The notes under the pieces are model-generated. The model did not search any database. It was given only the letters and a program-made list of their open reading frames with translations, and was not told the origin of the DNA. A DNA stretch of 64,000 bases from Planctomycetota bacterium (GTDB taxonomy: Bacteria > Planctomycetota > JAJSAM01 > JAKLKS01). Within the stretch, counting starts at the first letter, position 1. Every line of letters starts with the position of its first letter. Positions 17,538 to 26,581 of this stretch are shown here, one piece after another. Position numbers and translations under genes: made by a program. The stretch covers positions 8,269 through 72,268 of the forward strand of contig JAKLKS010000001.1 of NCBI GenBank assembly GCA_023150535.1, given 5' to 3'.

Positions 17538-18950
17538 TCACGCGGCCCCCTTCGCTGGGACGCGTTCCGCCTTCTTCCCGGTGAACTGCTCCCACCGCGC
17601 GACGATGACGTCGGTGTAGAGCGGGTCGATCTCGATGAGCCGCGCATTCCGCCCCATCTGCTCAGCGCCGATGAGCGTGCTGCCCGAGCCCCCGAAGAGG
17701 TCGAGCACCGTCTCGCCCGGGCGCGAGCAGTACTTCATGGCGAGCGTCGCTAGCTCGACGGGCTTCTCGGTAAGGTGGACCATCTTCTGCGGCGAGACCT
17801 TTTTCACGCTCCAGACGTCGGTCGCGTTGTTGATGTCGGGGGCGAAGTAGTGGGCGGCGCCTTCGCGCCATCCGTAGAACGCCCACTCATGGTTCCCCAT
17901 GAAGTCCTTCCGCGTGAGGACGGGGTGCTCCTTCACCCAGATGATGGCCTGGGAGAAGTAGAGCCCAGCCTCGACGAGCGCGGGCGGGTAGTTGGCGATA
18001 TTGCTGTACCCGCCCCAGATGAAGAACCCCCGCCCCGGGAGGAGGACGCGGGCGGCGTTCCCGAACCACGCGCGGAGCTTCTCCCGGAACGCCTCGTCGG
18101 ACATGAAGTCGTTCTCGAGGGGGCGGTCCTTCGCCCGCATCCGCTTGTGGGTGGGCTTCGACTTCTCCGGGTGGCGGTCGAGGTCGGCCGCCTGGTGGTG
18201 CATCGTGCCCTGGAAGGAGGAGAGGCCGGCGGCGATGGCGTTGTTCGAGCGCGGCTCGACGCGGACGTTGTAGGGCGGATCGGTGTTCAGAAGGTGGACC
18301 GGCCCGCCGTCCAGGAGCCGGTCGAGATCCTCCGGGCTCCCCGAGTCGCCGCACAGGAGCCGGTGTTCGCCGAGGATCCAGAGGTCGCCGCGGCGCGTCG
18401 TCGGCGTCTCGGGCGGCTCGGGGATGTCGTCGGGGTCGGTCTCCCCCTCCTTCGCCTCCGCGCCGATGCCGGACTTCTGCGCGAGGTCATCGAGCATCGC
18501 GCGCAGCGCGGCGTCGTTGACGGTTGCCTGCGCGAGGAGGGCCTCCAGCTTGGCCGGGTCGGCCGTCGCCATCCCGGCGAGGGGGTCGAGCGACGCGAGG
18601 ACGAGCGCCTCCTCGGCCTCGTCGAGGTCCACGTAGACGACGGGGATCGCGGTCTCGCCGCGCGCCCGAGCGAGTTCCACGCGGAGGTGCCCGTCCACGA
18701 GGTGGCCCGTGCGGCGATTGACGACGACGTCCTGGACCCATCCGACCTGGTCGAGGAGGCCCGCGAGCGCCGCTTGCTGCGCTGGCGGATGCCCGCGCCA
18801 GTTCCTCGGGTTGGCGACGAGCGCCGCCGGGGAGGCCTCGCCGCGGTCCACGATGCGGGAGCGCCAAGGACCGGGCGAGGGCGCCGCCGGAGCGGCCTTC
18901 CGCTTGCGGCCCTTCCGGGTGGCGGCCTGGCTCACGACCAGGCCTCCCAC
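17538..18950 (-). CDS. ParB-like nuclease domain fused to DNA N6-adenine/N4-cytosine methyltransferase
   Basis: N-terminal ParB/Srx-like domain, C-terminal MTase with TDPPY motif and FGGSGST AdoMet motif; common terminase-adjacent phage gene. Confidence 0.85.
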   Translation of the reverse strand: MGGLVVSQAATRKGRKRKAAPAAPSPGPWRSRIVDRGEASPAALVANPRNWRGHPPAQQAALAGLLDQVGWVQDVVVNRRTGHLVDGHLRVELARARGETAIPVVYVDLDEAEEALVLASLDPLAGMATADPAKLEALLAQATVNDAALRAMLDDLAQKSGIGAEAKEGETDPDDIPEPPETPTTRRGDLWILGEHRLLCGDSGSPEDLDRLLDGGPVHLLNTDPPYNVRVEPRSNNAIAAGLSSFQGTMHHQAADLDRHPEKSKPTHKRMRAKDRPLENDFMSDEAFREKLRAWFGNAARVLLPGRGFFIWGGYSNIANYPPALVEAGLYFSQAIIWVKEHPVLTRKDFMGNHEWAFYGWREGAAHYFAPDINNATDVWSVKKVSPQKMVHLTEKPVELATLAMKYCSRPGETVLDLFGGSGSTLIGAEQMGRNARLIEIDPLYTDVIVARWEQFTGKKAERVPAKGAA

Positions 18951-19311
18951 GAGGAGCCGCAGGCGAGGCTAAGGACGCGGCCCGCCGCGTAGGGGTCCGG
19001 GCCGCGGGCGTCCTCGGGGTGGAGACAGGCGCCCTCGGCGCCTGGGCCGGGGGGCCCCCCCCCTCCCTTATTTCGCGGGCGCACGCGCGAGATTGCGCGC
19101 CCGGTACAGGAGGCGAGACCTGTCACAAACCGCTCCCCCTCCCCGGTGCCGGTTTCGCCGTCTGCCAGGCTGGCACCGTCGGTGGCGAAGCCGACTCCCG
19201 CGCCGTCGGGCGCCCCGTTGCCACCCGTGGCGGCCGGCGCGGCCATGGCCACCGGGGCGACGCCGTTGTGGATCGCGCCACCCGTCGCGCCACGGGCGCC
19301 CTCGGGCGCGG

Positions 19312-20460
19312 TCACGGGCGGGCCTCCCCAACCGTAGGGCTCGGCGTCTCTGCCACGCCGAGGTCCCGGAGGAATCCCCCCAGGACCTCGGGGAGCTCCG
19401 TGAGGGCCTGGCGCACGCCGGCGTCCGCGGAGGCGAAGCGCTTGCGGTCCGCGTCGTCCCGAGGGTTCGAGAGGTAGGACACCAGGGAGTCACGGAGGCG
19501 GCGGGCGGAGCGCAGGATCTCGGAGAACTCGTCGCGCTCGGGTGGCTCAGCCAGTTCGCGGAGGTCGTCGAGAGACTCGACGCCCTTGTCGAGCGCCTCC
19601 TCGATCTGGCTGCGCGAGAGCCGGATCTCGCGATTGAGGACGGCGCGGCGGGCGTGAGGAACTGCGCGGTCGAGGGCGTCGAGGGCCTCGGCGAGGGCGG
19701 CGGCGCGGCGGACGGTCTTCTCCCCGACACCCGTCTCGGAGGCGATCTTCGCGCTCGTCTCGTTTGCCCGTCCGTTCCGGTCACTTTGACCGGAACGCAC
19801 CTTGAAGCCCGTCTGCTTCGTCGCGTTGTACTGCCGCCCCAGGTAGTACATCGCCCAGGCGGGCGTGAGGGAGCGCCGCGCCCGCTGCGCCGTGAGGAAC
19901 CACGCCAGCGCCGCCGCGCGGTCCGGGAACGACCGCTTCTCCACGCGGAACGCGATGCCGAGCTCGCGGCAGAGCTCGAGGCGGTGGTGGCCATCGAGGA
20001 GGACGTCCTGCTCCTGCCAGACGACGAGCGCCTCGCGGCACCCCTCGGCGCGGAGCGACTCCCGGAGCGCCGCCTCGGTGGCCTCGTCCATGGGGGCGGA
20101 GAGCTCGGCGATCTCCCGGTCGATGCGGGGCGAGGAGCGGTCGGCCTTCTCCTTCGGGGCGTAGGGCACCTGGTCGGAGCCGGTGACGCGGGTCCAGGCC
20201 TTTTCGCCCTTCATCTGCGCGTAGACCCGGGCGCGCTGTGGAGGAGTCGTCGGGAGATCGAAATCGAGGAGCCCCCGGGCGAGGGACTCGACGACGTCCT
20301 TCGTGCCCGCGAGCACGCTCGCCGGGACGCCGGGCTCCGCGGTGACGGTCTCGGGGTCGTCCTCCTCGGCGTCGAGCGCGGCCTCGAGGAGCGCCGATCC
20401 CGCGGAGGTCCTCCACGCGAGGTCGAGGTCCGTCAGGGCCACGGCGTAGCGGACCTTCAC
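19312..20460 (-). CDS. ParB-like nuclease domain protein (382 aa)
   Basis: GTG start VKVRYAVAL at 20460 with GGAGG RBS; VVWQEQDVLLDGHHRLELCRELGI ParB/Srx motif; N-terminal 102 aa of track ORF spurious. Confidence 0.7.
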   Translation of the reverse strand: MKVRYAVALTDLDLAWRTSAGSALLEAALDAEEDDPETVTAEPGVPASVLAGTKDVVESLARGLLDFDLPTTPPQRARVYAQMKGEKAWTRVTGSDQVPYAPKEKADRSSPRIDREIAELSAPMDEATEAALRESLRAEGCREALVVWQEQDVLLDGHHRLELCRELGIAFRVEKRSFPDRAAALAWFLTAQRARRSLTPAWAMYYLGRQYNATKQTGFKVRSGQSDRNGRANETSAKIASETGVGEKTVRRAAALAEALDALDRAVPHARRAVLNREIRLSRSQIEEALDKGVESLDDLRELAEPPERDEFSEILRSARRLRDSLVSYLSNPRDDADRKRFASADAGVRQALTELPEVLGGFLRDLGVAETPSPTVGEARP

Positions 20461-20834
20461 GCGGGCCTCCGGACGCGACGCCCGAAGCGCCCGTCCTCGC
20501 GGGCGGTCTTGCGGGAGTGGCAGGAGGCACATGCGGCCTGGAGGTTCCGGGGGTCGTGGGTGCCGCCCCGGGCCAGGGGGAGACGGTGGTCCACCTGGGT
20601 CGCGGGGACGGAGAGGCCGCGGGCGGCGCACTCCATCTCGCAGAGCGGGTGCCGACGGAGGAAGGCGTCGCGGATTCGCTTCCACGCCGCGTCGTAGCCC
20701 CGGCGGGAGGGCGAGCCCCGGGTGGAGTCGATCTCCGCCTGGAGCGCGCGGTCGTGCTCGGGGCAACGGGCGCCCCGGCGGACGAGGGCCCCGCAGCCCT
20801 GGACGACGCAGCCGTGCGGAGGTCGATGACCCAT
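20457..20834 (-). CDS. HNH endonuclease (phage-type, terminase-associated)
   Basis: CxxC...HDPRNLQAACASCH motif; start ATG 20834 preferred because conserved motif copy 4 lies just upstream (alternative ATG 20879). Confidence 0.65.
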   Translation of the reverse strand: MGHRPPHGCVVQGCGALVRRGARCPEHDRALQAEIDSTRGSPSRRGYDAAWKRIRDAFLRRHPLCEMECAARGLSVPATQVDHRLPLARGGTHDPRNLQAACASCHSRKTAREDGRFGRRVRRPA

Positions 20835-20853
20835 GGCCTGCAGCGTCGAGGAC

Positions 20854-20873
20854 CGGGAGGCTCGATCAACTCG
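20854..20873 (-). promoter_or_regulatory. Conserved intergenic motif copy 4 (identical 20-mer to copy 1)
   Basis: CGGGAGGCTCGATCAACTCG identical to 2990-3009; different reading frame relative to flanking ORFs than copy 1, so conserved at DNA not protein level. Confidence 0.5.
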
Positions 20874-20875
20874 CG

Positions 20876-21325
20876 TCATCCGAGGCTTGCCCGGAAGACG
20901 CGGGGTGGCGACGGGGATGCGATGTCGTTCCCGTCCATCTCCTCCCGGCGGACGAACTCCCGCCAGCAGGCGAAGGAGCAGTAGGTGCGCCGGCGCGGAG
21001 GCAGGGGGCGTCCGCATGTGCGGCACTCGTGGTTGCCCCCGACGACGCGGTCGGAGCGGTCGAGGCGGGGAAGAGGCGGGATCGCCTGGAGGGGCGGCGG
21101 AGGGGGGAACCCGCAGACGGGGCAGCGGTCGAGCCCCTGGGACCTGGGATCGCGGCCTCCCGCCCGGCGGCAGAGGGCGCAGTTCCCGTCCGGGCAGCAC
21201 CGGACGCCGAGGAGGAGCCCGGCGATGCAGTGCCGGCCTTCGGCGTCGAACGGGATGCAGGGGGCGGGTCGCACCGGGGTCACCGGGGGGAGTCCCCATC
21301 GGAAGCGGGGACGCACGAGGGGCAA
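20876..21325 (-). CDS. Cys-rich zinc-ribbon protein (149 aa)
   Basis: CPVCG...NHECRTCG...YCSFAC pattern; start uncertain (overlaps primase end). Confidence 0.45.
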   Translation of the reverse strand: MPLVRPRFRWGLPPVTPVRPAPCIPFDAEGRHCIAGLLLGVRCCPDGNCALCRRAGGRDPRSQGLDRCPVCGFPPPPPLQAIPPLPRLDRSDRVVGGNHECRTCGRPLPPRRRTYCSFACWREFVRREEMDGNDIASPSPPRVFRASLG

Positions 21326-23874
21326 TCGCAGGAGGAGGAGTGCCCGGGCGTGGCGGGGGCGTCGGGGTCGGCGGCGGTGCCGTTGTGGGGGAAGTGGGGG
21401 AACTGGGGGACGGAGTAGGCCCCAGGGTTTACGGAGTAGGAAGGAGAAGGCCTCCTCCCTCCTCCTCTTCTCTGTTCGTCCTGATCCCTCCTGATGTACC
21501 CCCTCTCCTCTAGGTCCTGCAGCGGGGGATCCAGGTCCTCAGCCTTCTGGAACCTCCCTCCCTTGGTCTCCTGCCAGACCTCCCTTTTGGTGAACCTGTC
21601 CCTAGGCCTCCTGAGGATCCAACGGAGGAGATAGAGAGAGTCCTCCTTCTCTCTGTTCGTTCCCATGAGCCCAAAGGCTGCCAGGGCATGGGGGATGAGG
21701 TACCGCCCCAGGAGGATGGCCCGCTCGACCGCCTCCCTTGAAACCGTACTGGGTCCCCCAATTCCCCCACATCCCCCGGAACTCCCGGGATCCGCGCCGT
21801 CGGCCAGGGTGAGGAGCCCGGCGATGCGGGCGACGGCCCCCGGGAGCTTGGCCGCCCAGTCCCGGACGGCCTCCAGGTCTCCACCCTCGGCGAGGCGGGG
21901 CTCGATCTCGCCGGAGAACCGAAGGAGCACCTCGACCGCCTCCGGGGAGAAGTGGAGGGCCCGAGAGACGATCTCCCCGTCCTGCCCCCGGTCGGCCGGG
22001 AGGTCGAGGAGGGTCCACACCGTGGCGGCGTAGGCGGCGGTGACGCCGGCGGGGACCGGGGGCGGGTCCACCCGGCGGCGGCCGACGAGCGACTTCGGCA
22101 CGCTGTAGAGGAAGCGGGCCAGAAGGCCCCGCCCCCGGAACCCCGGCTTGTCGGCCAGGCCTTCGATGACGGCGGGCTGGACCGCCAGCCCCACCGTGAG
22201 GGCGGGCTCGCGCAGGTGCTCGGCGGGCCTCCCGATGCGGTCCACGCGGAGCTGGTCCCCGGAGTGGGCCTTGAGGAAGGCGTCGAGGTTCGGGAGGCCG
22301 TCGGAGTACCGCCCCGCGAGGAGGTCGAAGATCCCGCCCTCGGGCGAGAGGATGCCGAGGCGGCCACCCTGCTCGGTCAGGAGCCCGAAGAGCCGCTCCG
22401 GGGTCACGTCGTCGGCGAGGACGCGAGGGGCGACCGCTCGGGGGAGCGCGGCCACGTCCTCGTTCAGGCAGCGGAGGTCCTCCTCGGCCACGAGGCGATC
22501 GGCACCCCGGGCCTTGATGGCGCGCGTCTTGGCGTCCTTGAGCCGCCCCTCGGCGATCTCCAGGGAGAGGGCGGCCCCCCGGAGCCGGGGGCCCTCCCGC
22601 TGAATGGCATCGCGCTCCCAGTCGAGGAGGGGCGCCGTGGCGTCTCGGAAGACGGCGGACTTCCGCTCGCCCGGGGGGAGGGTGACCTCGGTGTAGACGT
22701 TGAGGGGCTCTACCCACTCGGGTCGGATGGTGGCGCGGTACTTCTTGGCGGCCGCGGTCGCGAGGACGGAAAGCGCGATCATCCCCGGGAGGTCCTCGGG
22801 GGTCTGGGTGGAGACGGCCTCCGCGCGGATCCAGTCGGCCACGGATACGGGGAAGGCGTCGGTCGGGAACGCCGGGAGGTCCGAGGCCGCATCGAACGGG
22901 ATCGGGGATTGCCAGGGGTCCGGTGCGGCGGACGCTGGGGACCTCCGGGCAGGGAGCGCCGCAGGGCCCGCCGGCTCGTAGAACTCCGTCCGCCCCTCGA
23001 GTGCCTTGGCCAGGGTCCGCTCGCGGTAGTCCTGGCGGTCCCACTTCTCCCGGTAGAGCCGGGAGCGCCGGAAGAGGCGGTCCACCTGGACCACGTCGCC
23101 CCGGCACCAGAAGGCGAGGTGGGAGCAGAGAGCCAGGTCGGCGGAGGAGTCGTCCCCTGCGTGTCCCGAGGTGTCCCCGTTCCACAGGCGGAGGAAGGAG
23201 GCGCCGTTGCGGGCACCGATGGCTCGGCGGAGGACCTCGTCGTCGCCGAGGTGCCCCGGCTGGCGGGGAGAGCCCTGGGCGGGCGCCGTTGGCTCCTTCG
23301 TGTCCAGGGAGGCGTAGAGGCGGTCCACGGCCGCCTGGCGGTCCTCGATGCCCGCGGGGTACTCGGGCAGGCGGCTCCCGGTGACCGTGAAGTAGCGCCC
23401 CCGGTCGTAGATCTCGACGGCGGCCTCGGGGTGGGCTCCATCCTCGCGGACGGGCCGCTTGCGGCCGGATCCGGAGAGGGCGCCCCGAACGAGGACGTGG
23501 ACGCCCGTCCCCGAGGGGCTCACCTCGGTGTAGGAGGCGAGTGCGGCGAGGATGGCCGTGGCCCAGGGTGCCAGGGCCCCCGTCTCGGCGTCCCGGCAGT
23601 GGTCCAGATCCACGCCCACGAGGCCGTCGCCGGCGAACACGAAGCCGACGCCGCCCTGCTCCCGTCGCCGCTGGGCGGCAAGTGCCTCCTCCAGGGAGCA
23701 CCATGTGGTGGGCGCAGTGCTCCTCGCATGGGTGCCGCGCGTGGTGTAGGGGACCTTGGTCGGCTTGCGCTTCCCCTTGACCGTCTCCAGCCGCCAGAGG
23801 ACCCACTGCCGGCGGTCCTGGAGTTCGGCCGGGACGTTCGCCCGCACCAGCGCGGGGTCAAAGGGGAAGGTCAT
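21280..23874 (-). CDS. Bifunctional primase-polymerase (PrimPol N-domain + PriCT-2 + D5_N/DUF3987 helicase-like), 864 aa
   Basis: Start MTFPFDPAL at 23874 (ATGA overlap with VRR-NUC stop); GFVFAGDGLVGVDLDHC..SPSGTGVHVLV PrimPol motifs; VVQVDRLFRRSRLYREKWDR PriCT_2. Confidence 0.8.
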   Translation of the reverse strand: MTFPFDPALVRANVPAELQDRRQWVLWRLETVKGKRKPTKVPYTTRGTHARSTAPTTWCSLEEALAAQRRREQGGVGFVFAGDGLVGVDLDHCRDAETGALAPWATAILAALASYTEVSPSGTGVHVLVRGALSGSGRKRPVREDGAHPEAAVEIYDRGRYFTVTGSRLPEYPAGIEDRQAAVDRLYASLDTKEPTAPAQGSPRQPGHLGDDEVLRRAIGARNGASFLRLWNGDTSGHAGDDSSADLALCSHLAFWCRGDVVQVDRLFRRSRLYREKWDRQDYRERTLAKALEGRTEFYEPAGPAALPARRSPASAAPDPWQSPIPFDAASDLPAFPTDAFPVSVADWIRAEAVSTQTPEDLPGMIALSVLATAAAKKYRATIRPEWVEPLNVYTEVTLPPGERKSAVFRDATAPLLDWERDAIQREGPRLRGAALSLEIAEGRLKDAKTRAIKARGADRLVAEEDLRCLNEDVAALPRAVAPRVLADDVTPERLFGLLTEQGGRLGILSPEGGIFDLLAGRYSDGLPNLDAFLKAHSGDQLRVDRIGRPAEHLREPALTVGLAVQPAVIEGLADKPGFRGRGLLARFLYSVPKSLVGRRRVDPPPVPAGVTAAYAATVWTLLDLPADRGQDGEIVSRALHFSPEAVEVLLRFSGEIEPRLAEGGDLEAVRDWAAKLPGAVARIAGLLTLADGADPGSSGGCGGIGGPSTVSREAVERAILLGRYLIPHALAAFGLMGTNREKEDSLYLLRWILRRPRDRFTKREVWQETKGGRFQKAEDLDPPLQDLEERGYIRRDQDEQRRGGGRRPSPSYSVNPGAYSVPQFPHFPHNGTAADPDAPATPGHSSSCDCPSCVPASDGDSPR

Positions 23875-24206
23875 CGGAGGAGCCTCTCCACGTCGTCGAG
23901 GGACCGGACGACAGCGGCGAGGCCACCTGCCTGGACGACGGCGAGGAGGAACGCGCGCTGGGCGGGCGCGAGGTGGCCCGAGGAGGTCTTCACCTCCAGC
24001 GCGACAAACTGCGCGACGCCCGAGGGGAGCGTTCGCCATCCGACGAGGTCCGCGGAGCCCGGGCAGAGCCCGTAGGGGATAGCCCCGCCCCCGGGGAGGC
24101 GGACCATCCCCACCGAGTTCCTGAAGAGCCGAAGCCCGGGCCTCGCGCCGAAGGTGCGCAGGATCGCCCGGAGGAGGCGGGTCTCGTCGTGGCGGCGGGA
24201 TCTCAT
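23871..24206 (-). CDS. VRR-NUC domain nuclease (111 aa)
   Basis: Start MRSRRHD at 24206; ..FVALEVKTSSGHLAPAQRAFL.. VRR-NUC signature. Confidence 0.7.
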   Translation of the reverse strand: MRSRRHDETRLLRAILRTFGARPGLRLFRNSVGMVRLPGGGAIPYGLCPGSADLVGWRTLPSGVAQFVALEVKTSSGHLAPAQRAFLLAVVQAGGLAAVVRSLDDVERLLR

Positions 24207-24409
24207 GCCTCGCCCCCCGGCGTCGGCGGCGGGCCAGCTCTCCGGATCGCCTCCGGGGTCTGGCGGACGTAGCGGACGAAGGCCCCGCAGGCCGCGCACT
24301 CGGCCCGGATGTGCGTGGTCCCGTCGCGGAAGACCTGCCACCGCAGGAGGAGCCCGGCGCACCCGGGGCGGGCACGGGGGCACCCGTTCGGCGCCGAGGA
24401 GGAGGTCAT
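24203..24409 (-). CDS. Small zinc-ribbon protein (68 aa)
   Basis: Two CxxC pairs; ATGA overlaps on both sides. Confidence 0.5.
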   Translation of the reverse strand: MTSSSAPNGCPRARPGCAGLLLRWQVFRDGTTHIRAECAACGAFVRYVRQTPEAIRRAGPPPTPGGEA

Positions 24410-25890
24410 GCGGACACCTCGTCCGCGGCCGCCTCGGGCACGGAGGGACCGAGGCGCCGGCTACGGTGCCGGGCGCGCCAGACGTTCCTGGCCCAGGCGC
24501 GCGGGTTCCCGTAGCCGCGCCGGATGCCGAGGTCGACGAGCTCCTCAAAGGTGCGGCAGCGCCCCTGCTCGATGTGCGCCTGACGCATTCGCTCCCGCAC
24601 CGGAGTCCAGAGGTCCCGGGGGGCGCGACTCACCCTCTCGAGCTGGGCGTCCGGGTCGACGCGCAGTCCCTCCCGCCCCTCGCCCCCGTAAACGTGCCCG
24701 CAGACGGGGCACATCCGCGCCGGGGGATGGCAGGCGAAGCACTCAGGACACCGGCACACGGGCGCTTCCCCCGCGGAGCGGCGCATGGCGCCGTCGAGGT
24801 CCCAGGAGCGGTCCGCGTCGGGAAGGCCGTGGCGCTTGACGTTCCCGACGTGGTCGAGGACGGTGGCCGAGGCCTTCCCGGGGGCGGGGCGAAGGACCCG
24901 CCCGACCTGCTGCAGGTAGAGAGTGAGGGACTGCGTCGGCCGAAGGAGGATGGCCACCTCGACCGCGGGGAGGTCGAACCCTTCGGACACGATCTCGCAG
25001 GAGGTGAGGACCTGGATCTCCCCTCGGGCGAGGTCCTCGAGGACGCCGTCCCGCTCCACGTCGCTCATGCCGCCGTCGATGGAGGCGGCGGGGACGTCCG
25101 CGTCGGTGAAGGCCTCGGCGACGTGCTCCGCGTGTTCGACGGACGTGCAGAAGGCGATGGCGGGCCGCCCGGGCGTGAGGCGGAGGTAGTGGTCGACCGC
25201 GTCCCCGGAGATGACGGGCTTGTCCATTCGGAGCCGCATCTCGCGGCGGTCGAAGTCCCCGAGGCGCGTGCCGACCCCGGACAGGTCCGCCTTCATAGGC
25301 GGGGCGTAGACATCCGCGGGGGCGAGGAAGCCGGCTTCGGTGAGAGCTCGGACCGAAGGGCCGAGGACCAGGTGGTCGAACGGGCCGTCCACGTGGACGC
25401 CGAGGCCCTTCCCGTCGAGGCGTGCCGGGGTGGCCGTGACTCCGAGGACGCGGGCACGGGGCCACTGCTCGAGGACGCGCCGCCACGACCCCGCCACCGC
25501 GTGATGGGCCTCGTCGATGACGACGAGGTCGGGGGGCGACACGTGGTCCAGCCGGCGGACGAGGGTCTGGACCGAAGCGATTCGCACCTGCGCGTCGGAG
25601 GGCGGAAGGGTCGGCGCGATGAGGCCGTGGTCGAGCCCCACCTCCCGGAGCGCCCGGCTTCCCTGGAGGAGGAGCTCGCGGCGATGGACCAAGATGAGGA
25701 CCCGGGTCCCCCGCTTGGCCCCCTCGCGGGCGATGTGGGCGAAGACCACGGTCTTCCCACCGCCCGTGGGGAGCTGGTACACGGGCGCCCGCTTCCCTGC
25801 GGCGAAGGCCGCACGGAGCGCCCGCACCGCCTCGACCTGGTAGGGCCGGAGGGCGAGGCCGTCGTTCTCCCGGACAGGGGCCTCAACCAC
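24406..25890 (-). CDS. DEAD/DEAH-box (SNF2/SSL2-like) DNA helicase, 494 aa
   Basis: QLPTGGGKT Walker A, VVIDEAHH, QQVGRVLR motif VI; C-terminal Cys cluster. Confidence 0.85.
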   Translation of the reverse strand: MVEAPVRENDGLALRPYQVEAVRALRAAFAAGKRAPVYQLPTGGGKTVVFAHIAREGAKRGTRVLILVHRRELLLQGSRALREVGLDHGLIAPTLPPSDAQVRIASVQTLVRRLDHVSPPDLVVIDEAHHAVAGSWRRVLEQWPRARVLGVTATPARLDGKGLGVHVDGPFDHLVLGPSVRALTEAGFLAPADVYAPPMKADLSGVGTRLGDFDRREMRLRMDKPVISGDAVDHYLRLTPGRPAIAFCTSVEHAEHVAEAFTDADVPAASIDGGMSDVERDGVLEDLARGEIQVLTSCEIVSEGFDLPAVEVAILLRPTQSLTLYLQQVGRVLRPAPGKASATVLDHVGNVKRHGLPDADRSWDLDGAMRRSAGEAPVCRCPECFACHPPARMCPVCGHVYGGEGREGLRVDPDAQLERVSRAPRDLWTPVRERMRQAHIEQGRCRTFEELVDLGIRRGYGNPRAWARNVWRARHRSRRLGPSVPEAAADEVSA

Positions 25891-26080
25891 CGCGGCGCCC
25901 CCGGGACCACACGACGAGCCGTTCGAGGTACCGCACGGCGCGCTGGTAGTCGCGGCGCCCGGGAGCGGCCTTCTGCTCGGCGACGGCGAGGAGGTTCCCG
26001 TCCTGGGCCCGGAGGAGGGCTTCCAGGCCGCGGACGACCCGGCACCCGAGGCGGGGTCGGGGAGGCCGGTCGCTCCTGGC
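25883..26080 (-). CDS. Possible small hypothetical gene (boundaries uncertain)
   Basis: C-terminal 60 aa of ORF 25883..26311 read protein-like and fill gap between helicase and next gene. Confidence 0.25.
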   Translation of the reverse strand, partial: ARSDRPPRPRLGCRVVRGLEALLRAQDGNLLAVAEQKAAPGRRDYQRAVRYLERLVVWSRGRRGG

Positions 26081-26112
26081 TGGCCCGGGGGCTGCCAGGT
26101 GCTCGCGGCTCT

Positions 26113-26466
26113 TCACAGGAGCCTCCGATCGACGGGGCCGCGGCGGTTCAGGCGGTCCGTGGTCGTCTCCGCCCGGAGGGCCTCCAGGAAGCGGTCGGGC
26201 ATCCGCTTCCGCCTGCGCTGCTTCGGCGGGTAGTAGCCGCCGGCCATGGGGGACTTCGGCGAGGGCGGCGCGACGCAGAACCGCCTGCAGGGCTTCTCCC
26301 GTGTGGCCCACCCGTCTCCGGATGTGTGCTCATGCGGGAAACGGCCGTGGGCGCCCCGATGTGCGCCGCACACGCAGCGATCCCAGTAGCCCGACTCGCT
26401 CCGGCCGGGAGGGTTCTCGGTCAGGGCAGCCTTCGTGAGGCGATCTTCTGCGGTCTCGGCGGGCAT
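26113..26466 (-). CDS. Hypothetical phage protein (117 aa)
   Basis: Start MPAETAEDRL at 26466 with GAGGAG RBS; CVCGAHRGAHGRFPHEH Cys/His cluster. Confidence 0.5.
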   Translation of the reverse strand: MPAETAEDRLTKAALTENPPGRSESGYWDRCVCGAHRGAHGRFPHEHTSGDGWATREKPCRRFCVAPPSPKSPMAGGYYPPKQRRRKRMPDRFLEALRAETTTDRLNRRGPVDRRLL

Positions 26467-26581
26467 CGATTCGCTCCTCGGTGGCAGGGGGCCGGACTCG
26501 AACCGGTCGGCGAGCGGGGTGATCACGTCCCGCCCACCCGCGGCTCCCACCGCGCTCCCCCTGCCTGGCTCTTCGCTTCGG

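Noticed and set aside
18932-19315. 127-aa Gly/Ala-rich minus-strand ORF in the ParB-nuclease/ParB-MTase spacer
   Set aside because: Low complexity, no RBS, spans a G6C8 homopolymer tract; more likely non-coding regulatory spacer.
20834-20879. Alternative HNH start at 20879 giving an ATGA overlap with the zinc-ribbon gene
   Set aside because: Would place the conserved 20-nt motif inside the coding region, whereas the other three copies are non-coding; 20834 preferred but not proven.
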